64,000 bases of DNA. It comes from an uncultured Streptococcus sp. GTDB lineage: Bacteria; Bacillota; Bacilli; Lactobacillales; Streptococcaceae. Position 1 is the stretch's first letter. Every line of letters starts with the position of its first letter. The DNA lies in assembly GCF_934196125.1 (NCBI RefSeq), contig NZ_CAKPVT010000003.1, one strand, 5' to 3'. Below, piece by piece: positions 30,695-41,115 of the stretch. The translations under genes and the position numbers were made by a program. The notes under the pieces were generated by a model. It worked only from the letters and a program-made list of their open reading frames with translations. It searched no databases and was not told the DNA's origin.

Positions 30695-31812
30695 TGGAAG
30701 AATTATTATGTATTGGCTGTGGAGCCAACATTCAAATAGAAGATAAGGAAAAGGCAGGATATACCCCAAAAGCTGCTCTTGAAAAAGGTTTAGGGAGTGG
30801 CGAATTGTATTGTCAAAGATGTTTTAGATTACGTCATTACAATGAAATCACCGATGTGCACATTACTGATGATGAATTTTTGAAACTTCTGCACGAAGTT
30901 GGTGATAGTGACGCCCTTGTGGTCAATGTTGTGGATGTCTTTGATTTCAATGGTTCAGTTATCCCTGGCTTGCCACGTTTTGTTTCTGGCAATGACGTCC
31001 TACTTGTCGGAAATAAAAAGGATATTTTGCCAAAATCAGTTAAGGATAGCAAAGTGACACAATGGCTGACAGAACGTGCGCACGAAGAAGGACTTCGTCC
31101 AGTTGATGTCATTTTGACGAGCGCCCAAAATCACCAAGCTATCAAGAACTTGATTGAAAAGATTGAAAAATTACGTCGTGGGCGTGATGTTTACGTCGTG
31201 GGTGTTACAAACGTTGGTAAATCAACACTTATCAATGCTATCATCAAAGAAATCACAGGAGAAAAAGATATTATCACGACATCTCGCTTCCCTGGAACAA
31301 CCCTTGATAAAATCGAAATTCCATTGGACGACGGCAGTTATATTTTTGATACACCAGGGATTATTCACCGTCACCAAATGGCACATTATCTTGGGGATAA
31401 AAATTTGAAATACATCAGTCCTAAGAAAGAAATTAAACCGAAAACTTATCAGCTCAACCCTGAACAAACGCTGTTCTTGGCTGGTTTGGGACGTTTTGAT
31501 TTTATCTCAGGAGACAAGCAAGGTTTTACAGCTTATTTTGACAATAATTTGAAATTGCACCGTACTAAATTAGCTGGTGCTGATGCTTTCTATGACAAAC
31601 ATGTCGGTAGTCTTTTAACACCACCGACAGACAAGGAATTAGCTGATTTTCCAAAATTAGTCCGTCATGAATTTACCATTAAAGCTAAAATGGATGTGGT
31701 TTATTCTGGGCTGGGTTGGATTCGCATTAAAGCTTCGCAAGATAGCCCTGTTAAAATTGCTGCTTGGGCGCCAGAAGGTGTGGCAGTATTGCTTCGCAAG
31801 GCATTGATTTAA
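30694..31812 (+). CDS. yqeH: Ribosome-biogenesis GTPase YqeH
   Basis: 372 aa with an N-terminal zinc ribbon (CIGCG...CQRCF) and circularly permuted GTPase motifs. Confidence 0.9.
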   Translation: MEELLCIGCGANIQIEDKEKAGYTPKAALEKGLGSGELYCQRCFRLRHYNEITDVHITDDEFLKLLHEVGDSDALVVNVVDVFDFNGSVIPGLPRFVSGNDVLLVGNKKDILPKSVKDSKVTQWLTERAHEEGLRPVDVILTSAQNHQAIKNLIEKIEKLRRGRDVYVVGVTNVGKSTLINAIIKEITGEKDIITTSRFPGTTLDKIEIPLDDGSYIFDTPGIIHRHQMAHYLGDKNLKYISPKKEIKPKTYQLNPEQTLFLAGLGRFDFISGDKQGFTAYFDNNLKLHRTKLAGADAFYDKHVGSLLTPPTDKELADFPKLVRHEFTIKAKMDVVYSGLGWIRIKASQDSPVKIAAWAPEGVAVLLRKALI

Positions 31813-31950
31813 AAGAATAAAAGAAAGGAAGTTCAGGTCAGTTTTGAGCGACTTGAACAGAGGCGGAAAATTTGCTGAAAAGCCAACTGAATAATTAAGA
31901 TTTTTTGTTGAGTGTGTTTTCAGCGGATTTTCATGCCTGATATGATAATT

Positions 31951-32265
31951 ATGTTAACATCAAAACAACGTGCTTTTTTGAAATCACAAGCACACTCAAT
32001 GAAACCAATTGTGCAAATTGGGAAAAGTGGTTTTAATGACCAAATTAAAACAAATGTCCGAAATGCTTTGGATGCGCGCGAATTGATTAAGGTAACGCTT
32101 CTTCAAAATACCGATGAAGATATTCACGAAGTTGCTGAAATCTTAGAAGATGAAATTGGTTGCGATACTGTTTTGAAAATCGGACGTATCCTTATTTTTT
32201 ATAAAGAATCATCTAAAAAACAAAACCGTAAAATTTCACCAAAAGTAAAAGAATTGAATCAATAA
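31951..32265 (+). CDS. yhbY: RNA-binding ribosome-assembly protein YhbY (CRS1 domain)
   Basis: MLTSKQRAFLKSQAH...; the start is chosen by homology, and the listed ORF begins at 31912. Confidence 0.8.
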   Translation: MLTSKQRAFLKSQAHSMKPIVQIGKSGFNDQIKTNVRNALDARELIKVTLLQNTDEDIHEVAEILEDEIGCDTVLKIGRILIFYKESSKKQNRKISPKVKELNQ

Positions 32266-32341
32266 AGTCAAGTTTACGAATTGACAATGTCGTTTAAAGA
32301 GTTAGTCGTTTAAGAAGTCGCCTGGCTTGGAGGTAGTCAAT

Positions 32342-32980
32342 ATGGCATTAGAATTGTTAACTCCATTCACCAAAGTTGAATTGGAGAAGAAAGAAAAAGA
32401 TAAAAATCGTAAGCAGATTGGAATTCTAGGAGGTAATTTCAATCCTGTTCATAATGCACATCTCGTCGTTGCAGACCAAGTTCGCCAACAATTGTGTTTG
32501 GATAAGGTTTTTCTTATGCCCGAATACGAGCCACCACACGTTGATAAGAAAAATACAATCGATGAAAAACATCGCTTGAAAATGCTTGAATTAGCCATTG
32601 AAGGTGTTGAAGGGTTGGGGATTGAAACCATTGAATTGGAACGTAAAGGCATTAGCTATACTTACGATACAATGAAGCTTTTGATTGAAAAAAATCCTGA
32701 TGTTGATTACTATTTCATCATTGGCGCAGACATGGTGGATTATTTGCCAAAATGGTATAAAATTGATGAATTGATTAAAATGGTACAATTTGTCGGTGTT
32801 CAACGTCCTAAATACAAAGCTGGAACGTCTTATCCAGTCATTTGGGTTGATGTGCCGCTGATGGATATTTCATCTAGTATGATTCGTCATCATTTTGAAA
32901 ATGGTTGCCGTCCTAATTTCCTAATGCCACAGGCAGTTATTGACTACATTGAGAAAGAAGGAATTTATCATGACTTATGA
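32342..32980 (+). CDS. nadD: Nicotinate-nucleotide adenylyltransferase
   Basis: [15 protein letters not shown] motif. RBS ggagg 9 nt upstream of ATG 32342. Confidence 0.9.
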   Translation: MALELLTPFTKVELEKKEKDKNRKQIGILGGNFNPVHNAHLVVADQVRQQLCLDKVFLMPEYEPPHVDKKNTIDEKHRLKMLELAIEGVEGLGIETIELERKGISYTYDTMKLLIEKNPDVDYYFIIGADMVDYLPKWYKIDELIKMVQFVGVQRPKYKAGTSYPVIWVDVPLMDISSSMIRHHFENGCRPNFLMPQAVIDYIEKEGIYHDL

Positions 32981-33563
32981 GGCTTATACCGCAGGGATTG
33001 AACGTGTTGAGCTTTTAGGTAAAGTTGCATCAGTTATGAGTGAAAAACGTTTTAACCATGTCCTTGGCGTGGAAAAAACCGCCATTGAATTGGCAGAGCG
33101 TTATGGTTATGATACGGAAAAAGCTGGACTGGCTGGATTAATTCACGATTATGCCAAAGAGATTTCAGACCAAGAATTTTTAGATTTGATTGATAAGTAT
33201 CAGCTTGACCCAGAACTAAAAAAATGGGGCAATAATGTTTGGCATGGCATGGTCGGTATTTATAAGATTCAAGAAGATTTGGGCGTGACGGACAAGGAAA
33301 TCTTGCGTAGTATTGAGACTCATACCGTTGGTTCAAGTGATATGTCCTTGCTAGATAAGATTGTTTATGTGGCAGACTATATCGAGCCAAATCGCTGTTT
33401 TCCCTTGGTGGAAGAAGCGCGCGTGATTGCCAAAAAATCGTTAGATAAGGCGGTTGCCTACGAAACTGTTCATACCGTAGAACACCTAGCGCACCAAGCC
33501 TTTCCTATCTTCTCACAAACCATTGAGACGTATAATGCGTATGTTCATTATTTAAAAGACTAA
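32970..33563 (+). CDS. yqeK: YqeK HD-domain hydrolase (bis(5'-nucleosyl)-tetraphosphatase)
   Basis: HD motif (NHVLGVE...LIHDYAK). RBS gaaggaa. Overlaps the nadD end by 11 bp. Confidence 0.85.
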   Translation: MTYEAYTAGIERVELLGKVASVMSEKRFNHVLGVEKTAIELAERYGYDTEKAGLAGLIHDYAKEISDQEFLDLIDKYQLDPELKKWGNNVWHGMVGIYKIQEDLGVTDKEILRSIETHTVGSSDMSLLDKIVYVADYIEPNRCFPLVEEARVIAKKSLDKAVAYETVHTVEHLAHQAFPIFSQTIETYNAYVHYLKD

Positions 33564-33594
33564 ATAGATTTATAGAATTGAAAGAGGATTTATA

Positions 33595-33948
33595 TTGACT
33601 AAAGAAGAACTTTTGGCTGTTGTTGTCAAGGCAGCTGATGAAAAACGTGCAGAAGACATAGTTGTCTTAGACCTTTATGGATTGACTAGTGTGACAGATT
33701 ATTTTGTAGTGGTTAGCGCTATGAACACACGTCAACTGGACGCTATTGCAGAAAATATTCGTGAAAAAGTTAAAGAGGCTGGTGGTGATGCTAGTCATGC
33801 TGAAGGTGATAGTCGTACAGGTTGGGTACTTCTTGACCTTAATGATGTTGTTGTCCATATCTTCTCAGAAGACGAACGTGAACACTACAACATTGAAAAA
33901 CTTTGGCACGAAGCACCAATGGTTGACGTATCAGAATACCTTGCTTAA
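33595..33948 (+). CDS. rsfS: Ribosome silencing factor RsfS (Iojap)
   Basis: 117 aa with a TTG start and RBS agagga (...VVLDL...DYFVVVSA). Confidence 0.85.
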   Translation: MTKEELLAVVVKAADEKRAEDIVVLDLYGLTSVTDYFVVVSAMNTRQLDAIAENIREKVKEAGGDASHAEGDSRTGWVLLDLNDVVVHIFSEDEREHYNIEKLWHEAPMVDVSEYLA

Positions 33949-34034
33949 TTTTGTAGCATTATTCTTATAATCTGGGGCACTTGTCTCAGATTATTTCATT
34001 CTAAGAATGATAGAAAGTTTGATAGGACAAAACA

Positions 34035-34772
34035 ATGAACAAAAACTACGAAAAATTTGCATCGGTTTATGATGCTATCATGGATGACTCCTTTTATGAT
34101 AAATGGACTGACTTTTCGCTCCGCCATTTTCCAAAAAATAAGAAAAAACTCTTGGAATTAGCCTGTGGAACTGGGATTCAGTCAGTACGTTTTGCCAAAG
34201 CTGGCTTTGACGTGACAGGGATTGATTTGAGTGAAGATATGCTTGAAATCGCAAGAAAACGTGCAAAAGCAGCCAGCGAAGCTATCGAGTTCAAACAAGG
34301 TAATATGCTCGATTTGTCGCAAGCAGGAAAATACGATTTGGTGACCTGTTATTCAGATTCTATCTGTTATATGGCTGATGAAGTTGAGGTTGGTGATGTC
34401 TTTAAACAAGTTTACGACTGTTTGAATGAGTACGGAGTATTCATCTTTGACGTGCACTCAACTTACAAAACTGATACTGTCTTTCCTGGTTATTCTTACC
34501 ATGAAAATGCAGAAGAATTTGCCATGGTTTGGGATACCTATGCTGATGAGGCACCACATTCTGTTGTGCATGAATTGACTTTCTTCCTGCAAGACGAGGA
34601 TGGACGCTTCACACGCTATGACGAAGTTCACGAAGAACGCACTTATGAAGTCCTAACTTACGATATCCTCTTGGAACAAGCAGGCTTCAAATCATTCAAA
34701 CTCTACGCTGATTTCGAAGACAAAAAACCACGCAAAAAATCAGAACGCTGGTTCTTTGTCTGTCAGAAGTAG
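34035..34772 (+). CDS. Class I SAM-dependent methyltransferase
   Basis: LELACGTG motif. Conserved position after rsfS. Confidence 0.8.
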   Translation: MNKNYEKFASVYDAIMDDSFYDKWTDFSLRHFPKNKKKLLELACGTGIQSVRFAKAGFDVTGIDLSEDMLEIARKRAKAASEAIEFKQGNMLDLSQAGKYDLVTCYSDSICYMADEVEVGDVFKQVYDCLNEYGVFIFDVHSTYKTDTVFPGYSYHENAEEFAMVWDTYADEAPHSVVHELTFFLQDEDGRFTRYDEVHEERTYEVLTYDILLEQAGFKSFKLYADFEDKKPRKKSERWFFVCQK

Positions 34773-34863
34773 GGGGAATCCGCTCAAAAATTCGCTCACT
34801 TTTTTACTAAAATGAGCGAATTAGGGAAAAGTTGACTGGATTAGAATTAAAAAGGAGTACTCC

Positions 34864-35958
34864 ATGACTGTTACTGGTATTATTGCTGAATTTAATCCCT
34901 TTCATAATGGGCATAAGTATTTGCTGTCGCAGGCTGAGGGGGTCAAGATTGTTGCCATATCGGGAAACTTTGTCCAACGTGGTGAGCCTGCGATTGTGGA
35001 TAAGTGGGTACGCGCGGAAATGGCTCTGCGAAATGGCGCTGATTTGGTGGTTGAATTGCCATTTTTGGTGGCTGTTCAGTCAGCGGATTACTTTGCACAA
35101 GGTGCGATGGATATTTTAGAGCGTTTAGGTGTGGATAAGTTGGCATTTGGCACTGAAGAAAATCTGGATTATCAACACTTTTCACAGATTTATGGGGATA
35201 ATCAACAGAAAATGGTGGATTACTTGCAAAGTTTGCCAGATAATTTGTCTTATCCACAGAAAACGCAGAAAATGTGGGAGACTTTTGCTGGTGTGAACTT
35301 TACTGGAAATACGCCAAATCATATTTTAGGGCTTTCTTATGCCAAAGCTTGCGCTGGAAAAGCTATTCAGATGACTCCAATCATGCGCCAAGGAGCAGGT
35401 TATCACTCGCTTGAGACAGAAACACCGTTTGCGTCCGCGACAAATTTGCGTGTCCACAGAAAAGACAAAGCTTTTGTGGATAAATTCATGCCAAATGCGG
35501 ACCTTTTCGTCAACGCCCCTCAGGTGACTTGGGATGATTATTTCCCTTTGCTTAAATATCAAATCCTGACAAATGCTGATTTGTCGGAGATTTTTCAAGT
35601 TAATGAAGAACTAGCTAGTCGTATTCGCTCTGCTATTAGGAGCGTAGCGACTGTGGACGAGTTAGTGGATAAAGTGGCCACAAAACGCTACACAAGGGCG
35701 CGTGTGCGCCGTATTTTGGCTTATATTTTGGTGGGAGCTGTGGAAAAGCCCTTGCCAGAAGCTGTTCATGTGCTGGGATTTACGCCAAAAGGGCAGGAAC
35801 ACCTCAAAACGGTGAAAAGCTCTGTGGATATCGTGGCTCGAATCGGTGCAAAACCGTGGGATGTGGTAACGCAACAAGCCGACCAAGTCTATGCGTTAGG
35901 AAATCCACATATTCAAGAGCAAAACTGGGGAAAAGTACCAGTGAGAATCAAGAAGTAA
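34864..35958 (+). CDS. tmcAL: tRNA(Met) cytidine acetate ligase TmcAL (YlbM/UPF0348 nucleotidyltransferase)
   Basis: [20 protein letters not shown]... HIGH-like nucleotidyltransferase N-terminus, 364 aa. Confidence 0.8.
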   Translation: MTVTGIIAEFNPFHNGHKYLLSQAEGVKIVAISGNFVQRGEPAIVDKWVRAEMALRNGADLVVELPFLVAVQSADYFAQGAMDILERLGVDKLAFGTEENLDYQHFSQIYGDNQQKMVDYLQSLPDNLSYPQKTQKMWETFAGVNFTGNTPNHILGLSYAKACAGKAIQMTPIMRQGAGYHSLETETPFASATNLRVHRKDKAFVDKFMPNADLFVNAPQVTWDDYFPLLKYQILTNADLSEIFQVNEELASRIRSAIRSVATVDELVDKVATKRYTRARVRRILAYILVGAVEKPLPEAVHVLGFTPKGQEHLKTVKSSVDIVARIGAKPWDVVTQQADQVYALGNPHIQEQNWGKVPVRIKK

Positions 35959-36247
35959 GCGATTATAAGTGAAAAAAACTTCATTTTTTCTCTTGACTCT
36001 AACGTAACGTTGTAGCAACTACTCAATTAAATTTAAAGTATACGCACCTTTTATAAATCCTTTTATATCAATGTTTACACTTTTAAAAACTTCAAGAAGA
36101 TGGACTCAAATCCTCTCATTTGGATAATATTGACACCAATTAACACCATAAAATAGACTAGTCAAGTTCTACCTTTTTAGGTAGAACTATTTTTATAAAG
36201 AGAATGATTTACTCAAAAAAAAGCGCCTATTACATAGGCACTCATAC

Positions 36248-36568
36248 TTAGAATCCGAAACTTCGCTCACTTTCTAATGAACTAACCTTTCCTTTTTTTA
36301 TTTTTGCCCCTTCTTTTTCTACCCATTTCTCATATCGCTGTATAAAACGTGTTTCTTCTTCATCTTTAAATCCTTCAAAAACAACTTCATCGATATCTTC
36401 ATCATTAAAATAAAAAACTTGTTCTGGATCTAACCCTTCAGGGTAACGTGCACCAGTATAATCAAAATAAACTTTCTGCCCCTCATGATCAATCAATGGT
36501 CCACGGTTTAAAATCATAATTTTTTGATTTCCTTCTGCTAAATAAACGGTACTTCCAATTGATAACAT
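36248..36568 (-). CDS. DUF4176-family protein (family recurrent in type VII secretion / LXG toxin loci)
   Basis: MLSIGSTVYLAEGNQKIMILNRGPLIDHEGQKVYFDYTGARYPEGL matches the DUF4176 pattern. Followed by a hairpin GCCTA-ttaca-TAGGC. Confidence 0.55.
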   Translation of the reverse strand: MLSIGSTVYLAEGNQKIMILNRGPLIDHEGQKVYFDYTGARYPEGLDPEQVFYFNDEDIDEVVFEGFKDEEETRFIQRYEKWVEKEGAKIKKGKVSSLESERSFGF

Positions 36569-36570
36569 AA

Positions 36571-36765
36571 TTAATTCTCCTTATTTTCCTTAATCTGATA
36601 TTTGATATTAATATTTGGAACAAAGTCATGATTCCACTCTGTTCCAACAGCAACAATAAGCAATCCAAAGAATCCAAAAATCACATATAGACCAACAAAT
36701 CCAATCGTAACCGTCGCAAAAATACCAACTATGATTAATAAAGCAAATATGCTACCGACAATCAC
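36571..36765 (-). CDS. Small two-TM membrane protein cotranscribed with the DUF4176 gene
   Basis: 64 aa. Its stop lies 3 bp from the DUF4176 start. Confidence 0.35.
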   Translation of the reverse strand: MIVGSIFALLIIVGIFATVTIGFVGLYVIFGFFGLLIVAVGTEWNHDFVPNINIKYQIKENKEN

Positions 36766-37008
36766 CGGTTTGATTTTTAATCATTTATGTATTGTAAAAG
36801 GGCTTCTTTTTCTAAAAAATGGTCGTTTAGTCGATTGTAATGGATTTAAACACCGTCCCCATTTTACACAGCCACGTCAAAGTGCTATAATGTTAAGGAT
36901 TACGAATTTAGCTTTGCTAGTTCAGTAGTTCAATGATTTGGAGCTTTAGGGTGTCCAAATCAATTAATCATGCTAAAATAAAAATAATCTTTACAAAGGA
37001 GACTACCC

Positions 37009-37725
37009 ATGGGACGTAAGTGGGCCAATATTGTTGCCAAAAAAACTGCCAAAGATGGTGCCAACTCTAAAGTTTATGCGAAATTTGGTGTTGAAATCTA
37101 TGTTGCTGCTAAAAAAGGTGAACCAGATCCAGAATCAAACTCAGCTTTGAAATTTGTACTTGAACGTGCAAAACAAGCGCAAGTACCAAAACACGTTATC
37201 GACCGCGCAATCGATAAAGCAAAAGGTAATACAGACGAAACTTTCGTTGAAGGTCGTTACGAAGGATTTGGACCAAATGGTTCAATGATTATCGTTGATA
37301 CTTTGACAAGTAATGTTAATCGTACTGCTGCTAACTTGCGTACTGCATTTGGTAAAAACGGTGGGAACATGGGAGCATCTGGTTCTGTATCTTACATGTT
37401 CGATAAAAAAGGTGTTATTGTCTTTGATGGTGATGACGCAGATAGTGTTTTTGAACAATTGCTAGAAGCTGATGTTGATGTTGAAGACGTTGAAGCAGAA
37501 GATGGTGTTGTTACTGTTTACACAGCGCCAACTGATCTTCACAAAGGGATTGAATCTTTGCGTGCTAATGGTATTGAAGAATTCAAAGTAACTGAACTTG
37601 AAATGATTCCTCAATCAGAAGTGACACTTGAAGGTGAAGAACTTGAGGTCTTTGAAAAACTTGTTGATGTTCTTGAAGATGACGAAGATGTTCAAAAAGT
37701 TTACCATAACGTATCAGATTTCTAA
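37009..37725 (+). CDS. YebC/PmpR-family transcriptional regulator
   Basis: 238 aa, [21 protein letters not shown]... Promoter TTTACA-17-TATAAT at 36860-36891. Confidence 0.9.
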   Translation: MGRKWANIVAKKTAKDGANSKVYAKFGVEIYVAAKKGEPDPESNSALKFVLERAKQAQVPKHVIDRAIDKAKGNTDETFVEGRYEGFGPNGSMIIVDTLTSNVNRTAANLRTAFGKNGGNMGASGSVSYMFDKKGVIVFDGDDADSVFEQLLEADVDVEDVEAEDGVVTVYTAPTDLHKGIESLRANGIEEFKVTELEMIPQSEVTLEGEELEVFEKLVDVLEDDEDVQKVYHNVSDF

Positions 37726-37911
37726 TATCAGATATCGTTGATAAAATGATGGGATATTCAGCCTTTTTGAGCTGAATATCCTTTTTATTTTTGGTGATAA
37801 GCTAAGGCTATCTCGGTGATAAAAAATCTATTGGCAATTAGTGCGCATTTAGGATAGAATAAATTTATCACAGTAAAGAAACCTTAAAACTAATGAAAGT
37901 GAGGACATCAA

Positions 37912-38094
37912 ATGAAACAAGTCATTGTTGGAATTACAGGAAATATCAAAGAAATGCCAGCTATGTCAAGAATGTATTTTGATGCGTTTTCTCGTCATTT
38001 ATCAGATGGTGTTAAGGTAGCTGGAGGGGTTCCAGAATCTGTTATCGATAGAGTTTCTAGAGATAAATTAATAATTCGACAAATTACGGAGTGA
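37912..38094 (+). CDS. Hypothetical small protein
   Basis: 60 aa. RBS gtgagga. AT-rich. Confidence 0.4.
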   Translation: MKQVIVGITGNIKEMPAMSRMYFDAFSRHLSDGVKVAGGVPESVIDRVSRDKLIIRQITE

Positions 38095-38099
38095 TATAC

Positions 38100-38450
38100 A
38101 TGATTAAGATTCCAACTAAAAAAGATGATATGCTTGAAATTTACGAAGATAATGGTAAATATATATTAAAGTATCCAACATTCAATATTACTATGCCAGA
38201 GGTTACTCAAGAAATCTCTAAAGAATCTGTTGATAGTTACCTAAGAGGTGAACATACCGGAGAAGAGTTAATTAATTATGCAGCTTCCGGGAAGTGGAAA
38301 CCCTCTGTTGATTCGTGGCATGCCACTCGACAGTATCTTATTGAACATCCTGAAGATATTTTGGTTAATATCAAACACAATAAACAATATTTTTCAGATT
38401 TTGAATTTAATGATTTTCTTAAAAATCTCTGTTTAAGAAAATTAACATAG
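38100..38450 (+). CDS. Hypothetical protein (116 aa), translationally coupled to the previous ORF
   Basis: RBS ggag 9 nt upstream of ATG 38100. Confidence 0.45.
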   Translation: MIKIPTKKDDMLEIYEDNGKYILKYPTFNITMPEVTQEISKESVDSYLRGEHTGEELINYAASGKWKPSVDSWHATRQYLIEHPEDILVNIKHNKQYFSDFEFNDFLKNLCLRKLT

Positions 38451-38485
38451 CACAACTAGATTCCATAGGTGTTATTAAAGGGAAT

Positions 38486-38752
38486 TTGGAATTATTACTT
38501 GTTGATACTATTCAATGGATGGAAGAAATTGAATCTATCCATATAGAATTACTTCAAGAAAAAATTAATAATTATATTCACTATCTCGAAAGCAAGCAAT
38601 ATGTTGAAAAGTATGGCGATAACTTCAAAGAAAAGGTCATCCATATTACCTTTCAATATGCTCCTTCAGATAATGGTCTTGCTTTTCTAGTTCAAGTTCA
38701 AAAAGTTTTGCAATCAACTGATATGAGCTTGAAAGTAACTTTACAAGATTGA
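38486..38752 (+). CDS. Hypothetical protein (about 88 aa; immunity-like?)
   Basis: TTG/ATG start is ambiguous. Acidic helical protein. Confidence 0.35.
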   Translation: MELLLVDTIQWMEEIESIHIELLQEKINNYIHYLESKQYVEKYGDNFKEKVIHITFQYAPSDNGLAFLVQVQKVLQSTDMSLKVTLQD

Positions 38753-38929
38753 TTTCAAGGCGCTTTTGCGTCTTTTTCTCTCATTCTTCAATCGTAATCT
38801 TCTTTTATGGTAAACTATTTGCAAAGCACAGCTGAATTTCAATTCTTTTTCTCATTCTTTACTTGCTATTGATAGTTACATTCTCTTTAACGCTCTGCGA
38901 TTTTCAAAAAAGACCGTAATCATGGGTAG

Positions 38930-39208
38930 TTGGTCATTGACTACAAGGGTGGGGGAATGGCCAATCTCTTTAAAGACCTGCCCCACTTGCTTGGAACGAT
39001 TACCAACTTGGATGGGGCGCAAGCCATGCGTGCTTTGACTTCAATCAATGCTGAAATTCACCGTCGTGAACGCATATTTGTGGCAAATGGGGTTAACCAT
39101 ATCAATCAGTACCAGAAGAAATACAAACTGGGTGAGGTTGCTGAGCCACTACCGCATTTGTTCTTGATTTCAGATGATGAAAACCTTGATAAGAATTGGC
39201 AAATCTGA
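38930..39208 (+). pseudogene. Remnant of an EssC-like FtsK/SpoIIIE-family secretion ATPase with an internal deletion
   Basis: [21 protein letters not shown] (the pre-Walker-A segment) is joined directly to ...[24 protein letters not shown]...[10 protein letters not shown] (the Walker-B region). The Walker A GxxGSGKS is missing. Confidence 0.5.
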
Positions 39209-39290
39209 AGTTAGTTATCATCGCTTCTCCAGTTTCATCAATGCAAGCTAAATCATGTTTGTTTTTGGCAATGTCAATACCAACATAGAG
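39190..39290 (-). pseudogene. IS110-family transposase N-terminal remnant (about 33 codons)
   Basis: [33 protein letters not shown] with RBS aaagga. The listed 93-aa ORF is a chimera with the antisense strand of the EssC remnant. Confidence 0.5.
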
Positions 39291-39439
39291 CATAAGTTTC
39301 TGATTCCTTTCCAAGTGATTAGCGACTGTTGTTCGTTCCACGCACTCTTTGCCTTGTATTCTTACACGAAATAAAACGTCCAAGCGTTATCATTCTCATT
39401 ACCAATAAAAAAAAGAGCTGTGGTTAGAGTCTCCTACAA

Positions 39440-39892
39440 ATCGTCTAATAGCGATATAACATCTTACGATGATATCGGTGGTCATTCAACACAAGTTGTT
39501 CAAGGAACGACAACCGCTACTTAATTGGAAAATACAATGAAGAAAATGCAGACAATACTGTTGACATCAATTATACAAATGAAAACATCACTCAAATCTT
39601 GACAAATCTAAATGATGTCAAATATGATTTCAAGATTTTTGATGCCCCAACTGTTAATTCTGTCATTAAGAATCAATGTTTGGATAATTTGAAAACCATT
39701 GATTTGGAATCAGAAGAGCAACCATACATCTATTTCATCTTTGGACAAGACCAAGAAGATTTACAAGAATTTGTTAATAAACGTTTGAAAGAATTCCAAG
39801 AAGACGGTACATTGACAGAACTTGCTGAAAAATACCTTGGTGGAGATTACACGCCTTCTGCTGATGATTGGAAAGCTCCAACATCAGATTAA
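39440..39892 (+). pseudogene. Fragmented amino-acid ABC transporter substrate-binding protein gene (C-terminal part)
   Basis: ...DVKYDFKIFDAPTVNSVIKN...EQPYIYFIFG...GTLTELAEKYLGGDY spread over at least two frames. Confidence 0.5.
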
Positions 39893-39903
39893 AAAGTGTG
39901 GGT

Positions 39904-39920
39904 TATAGTTTTAAACTATA
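39904..39920 (+). promoter_or_regulatory. Met box (TATAGTTTTAAACTATA), a MetR/MtaR LysR-type activator site upstream of metQ
   Basis: Perfect 17-bp palindrome matching the streptococcal Met-box consensus TATAGTTTnAAACTATA, 68 bp before metQ. Confidence 0.65.
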
Positions 39921-39987
39921 AGAAAACCTTATTAATAACAATTTGAAAACTAGGATCAAATAGGATAAAATAAAAACGCTTATTAAA

Positions 39988-40905
39988 ATGAAAGAGGACA
40001 TATCTATGAAATTGAAAAAATTATTTGGATTAGCTAGTGTAGCTTTGACGTCAACTGTTTTGTTGGCAGCGTGTGGAGGTTCTTCAAGTTCATCATCTTC
40101 TGATGATAAAACACTTAAAGTTGGTGTCATGACTCTAGATGCTGCAACAGAACCACTTTGGGATAAAGTTGAAGAATTGGCCGAAGAAAAAGGTGTTAAG
40201 ATTGAACTTGTTGAATTTACAGACTACAATCAACCAAACGAAGCCCTTCAAAATGGTGAAATTGATGTCAATGCTTTTCAACACAAATATTTCTTGAGCA
40301 ACTGGAATTCTGAAAATGATGGAACTTTGGTAGAAGTTGCTGATACGCTTCTTAGCCCAATTCGTCTCTTCTCAGGAGCTGACAGCGACGGCGATGCAAA
40401 ATACACTGACGTTAGTGATATTCCAGATAAAGGAACTATTTCAATTCCTAATGACGCTTCAAATGAAAGCCGTGCCCTCTACCTTCTTCAATCTGCAGGT
40501 TTGATTGAATTAGATGTTTCTGGTGATGAATTGGCTACAATTAAAAACATTTCATCAAATCCGAAAAACTTAGATATTAAAGAAGTTGATGCTGCTCAAA
40601 CTGCTTCTACTTTGACATCAGTTGATGCTGCAGTTATTAACAACTCTTATGCTCAAACTGCTGATGTTGACTATGACACAACACTTTATAAAGAGGTTGT
40701 TGATGAAAATTCAAATCAATGGATTAACGTTATTGTAGCCCAAAAAGGTTGGAAAAAATCAGATAAAGCTGATGCTATTAAGACTTTAGTTTCTGTTTAC
40801 CAAACAGATGAAGTCGGGAAAATCATCGAAGAAGCTTCAGACGGTGCTGATATTCCTGCATGGGATGGCGCAACAACATCTTCATCATCTTCTGATGACG
40901 ATTAA
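39988..40905 (+). CDS. metQ: Methionine ABC transporter substrate-binding lipoprotein (NlpA/MetQ family)
   Basis: Lipobox LLAAC followed by a Ser-rich linker. 305 aa. Confidence 0.9.
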   Translation: MKEDISMKLKKLFGLASVALTSTVLLAACGGSSSSSSSDDKTLKVGVMTLDAATEPLWDKVEELAEEKGVKIELVEFTDYNQPNEALQNGEIDVNAFQHKYFLSNWNSENDGTLVEVADTLLSPIRLFSGADSDGDAKYTDVSDIPDKGTISIPNDASNESRALYLLQSAGLIELDVSGDELATIKNISSNPKNLDIKEVDAAQTASTLTSVDAAVINNSYAQTADVDYDTTLYKEVVDENSNQWINVIVAQKGWKKSDKADAIKTLVSVYQTDEVGKIIEEASDGADIPAWDGATTSSSSSDDD

Positions 40906-41115
40906 TATAGCCTATTGAAAATGAAAAAATTAGGGGCTGGGATAACTTCCCAGTCTCTAAATCATTATTTCGTATTTTATGGAGAGTTAATAACTTCTAA
41001 ATTGCTTCTTTGTTAGGAGTGGATTTTAAAATAATTAGCAATATGGTAGAATAGTAACTTGGAGAGTTTTCAAAACTGTGCTACCGATGTGTTTTGAATT
41101 TTGAGAGGTTGAAAA

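Noticed and set aside
39102-39383. 93-aa minus-strand ORF taken as a single gene
   Set aside because: Only the N-terminal 33 codons look like an IS110 transposase. The remainder is the antisense strand of the EssC-like remnant. It is annotated instead as an IS110 stub (39190-39290).
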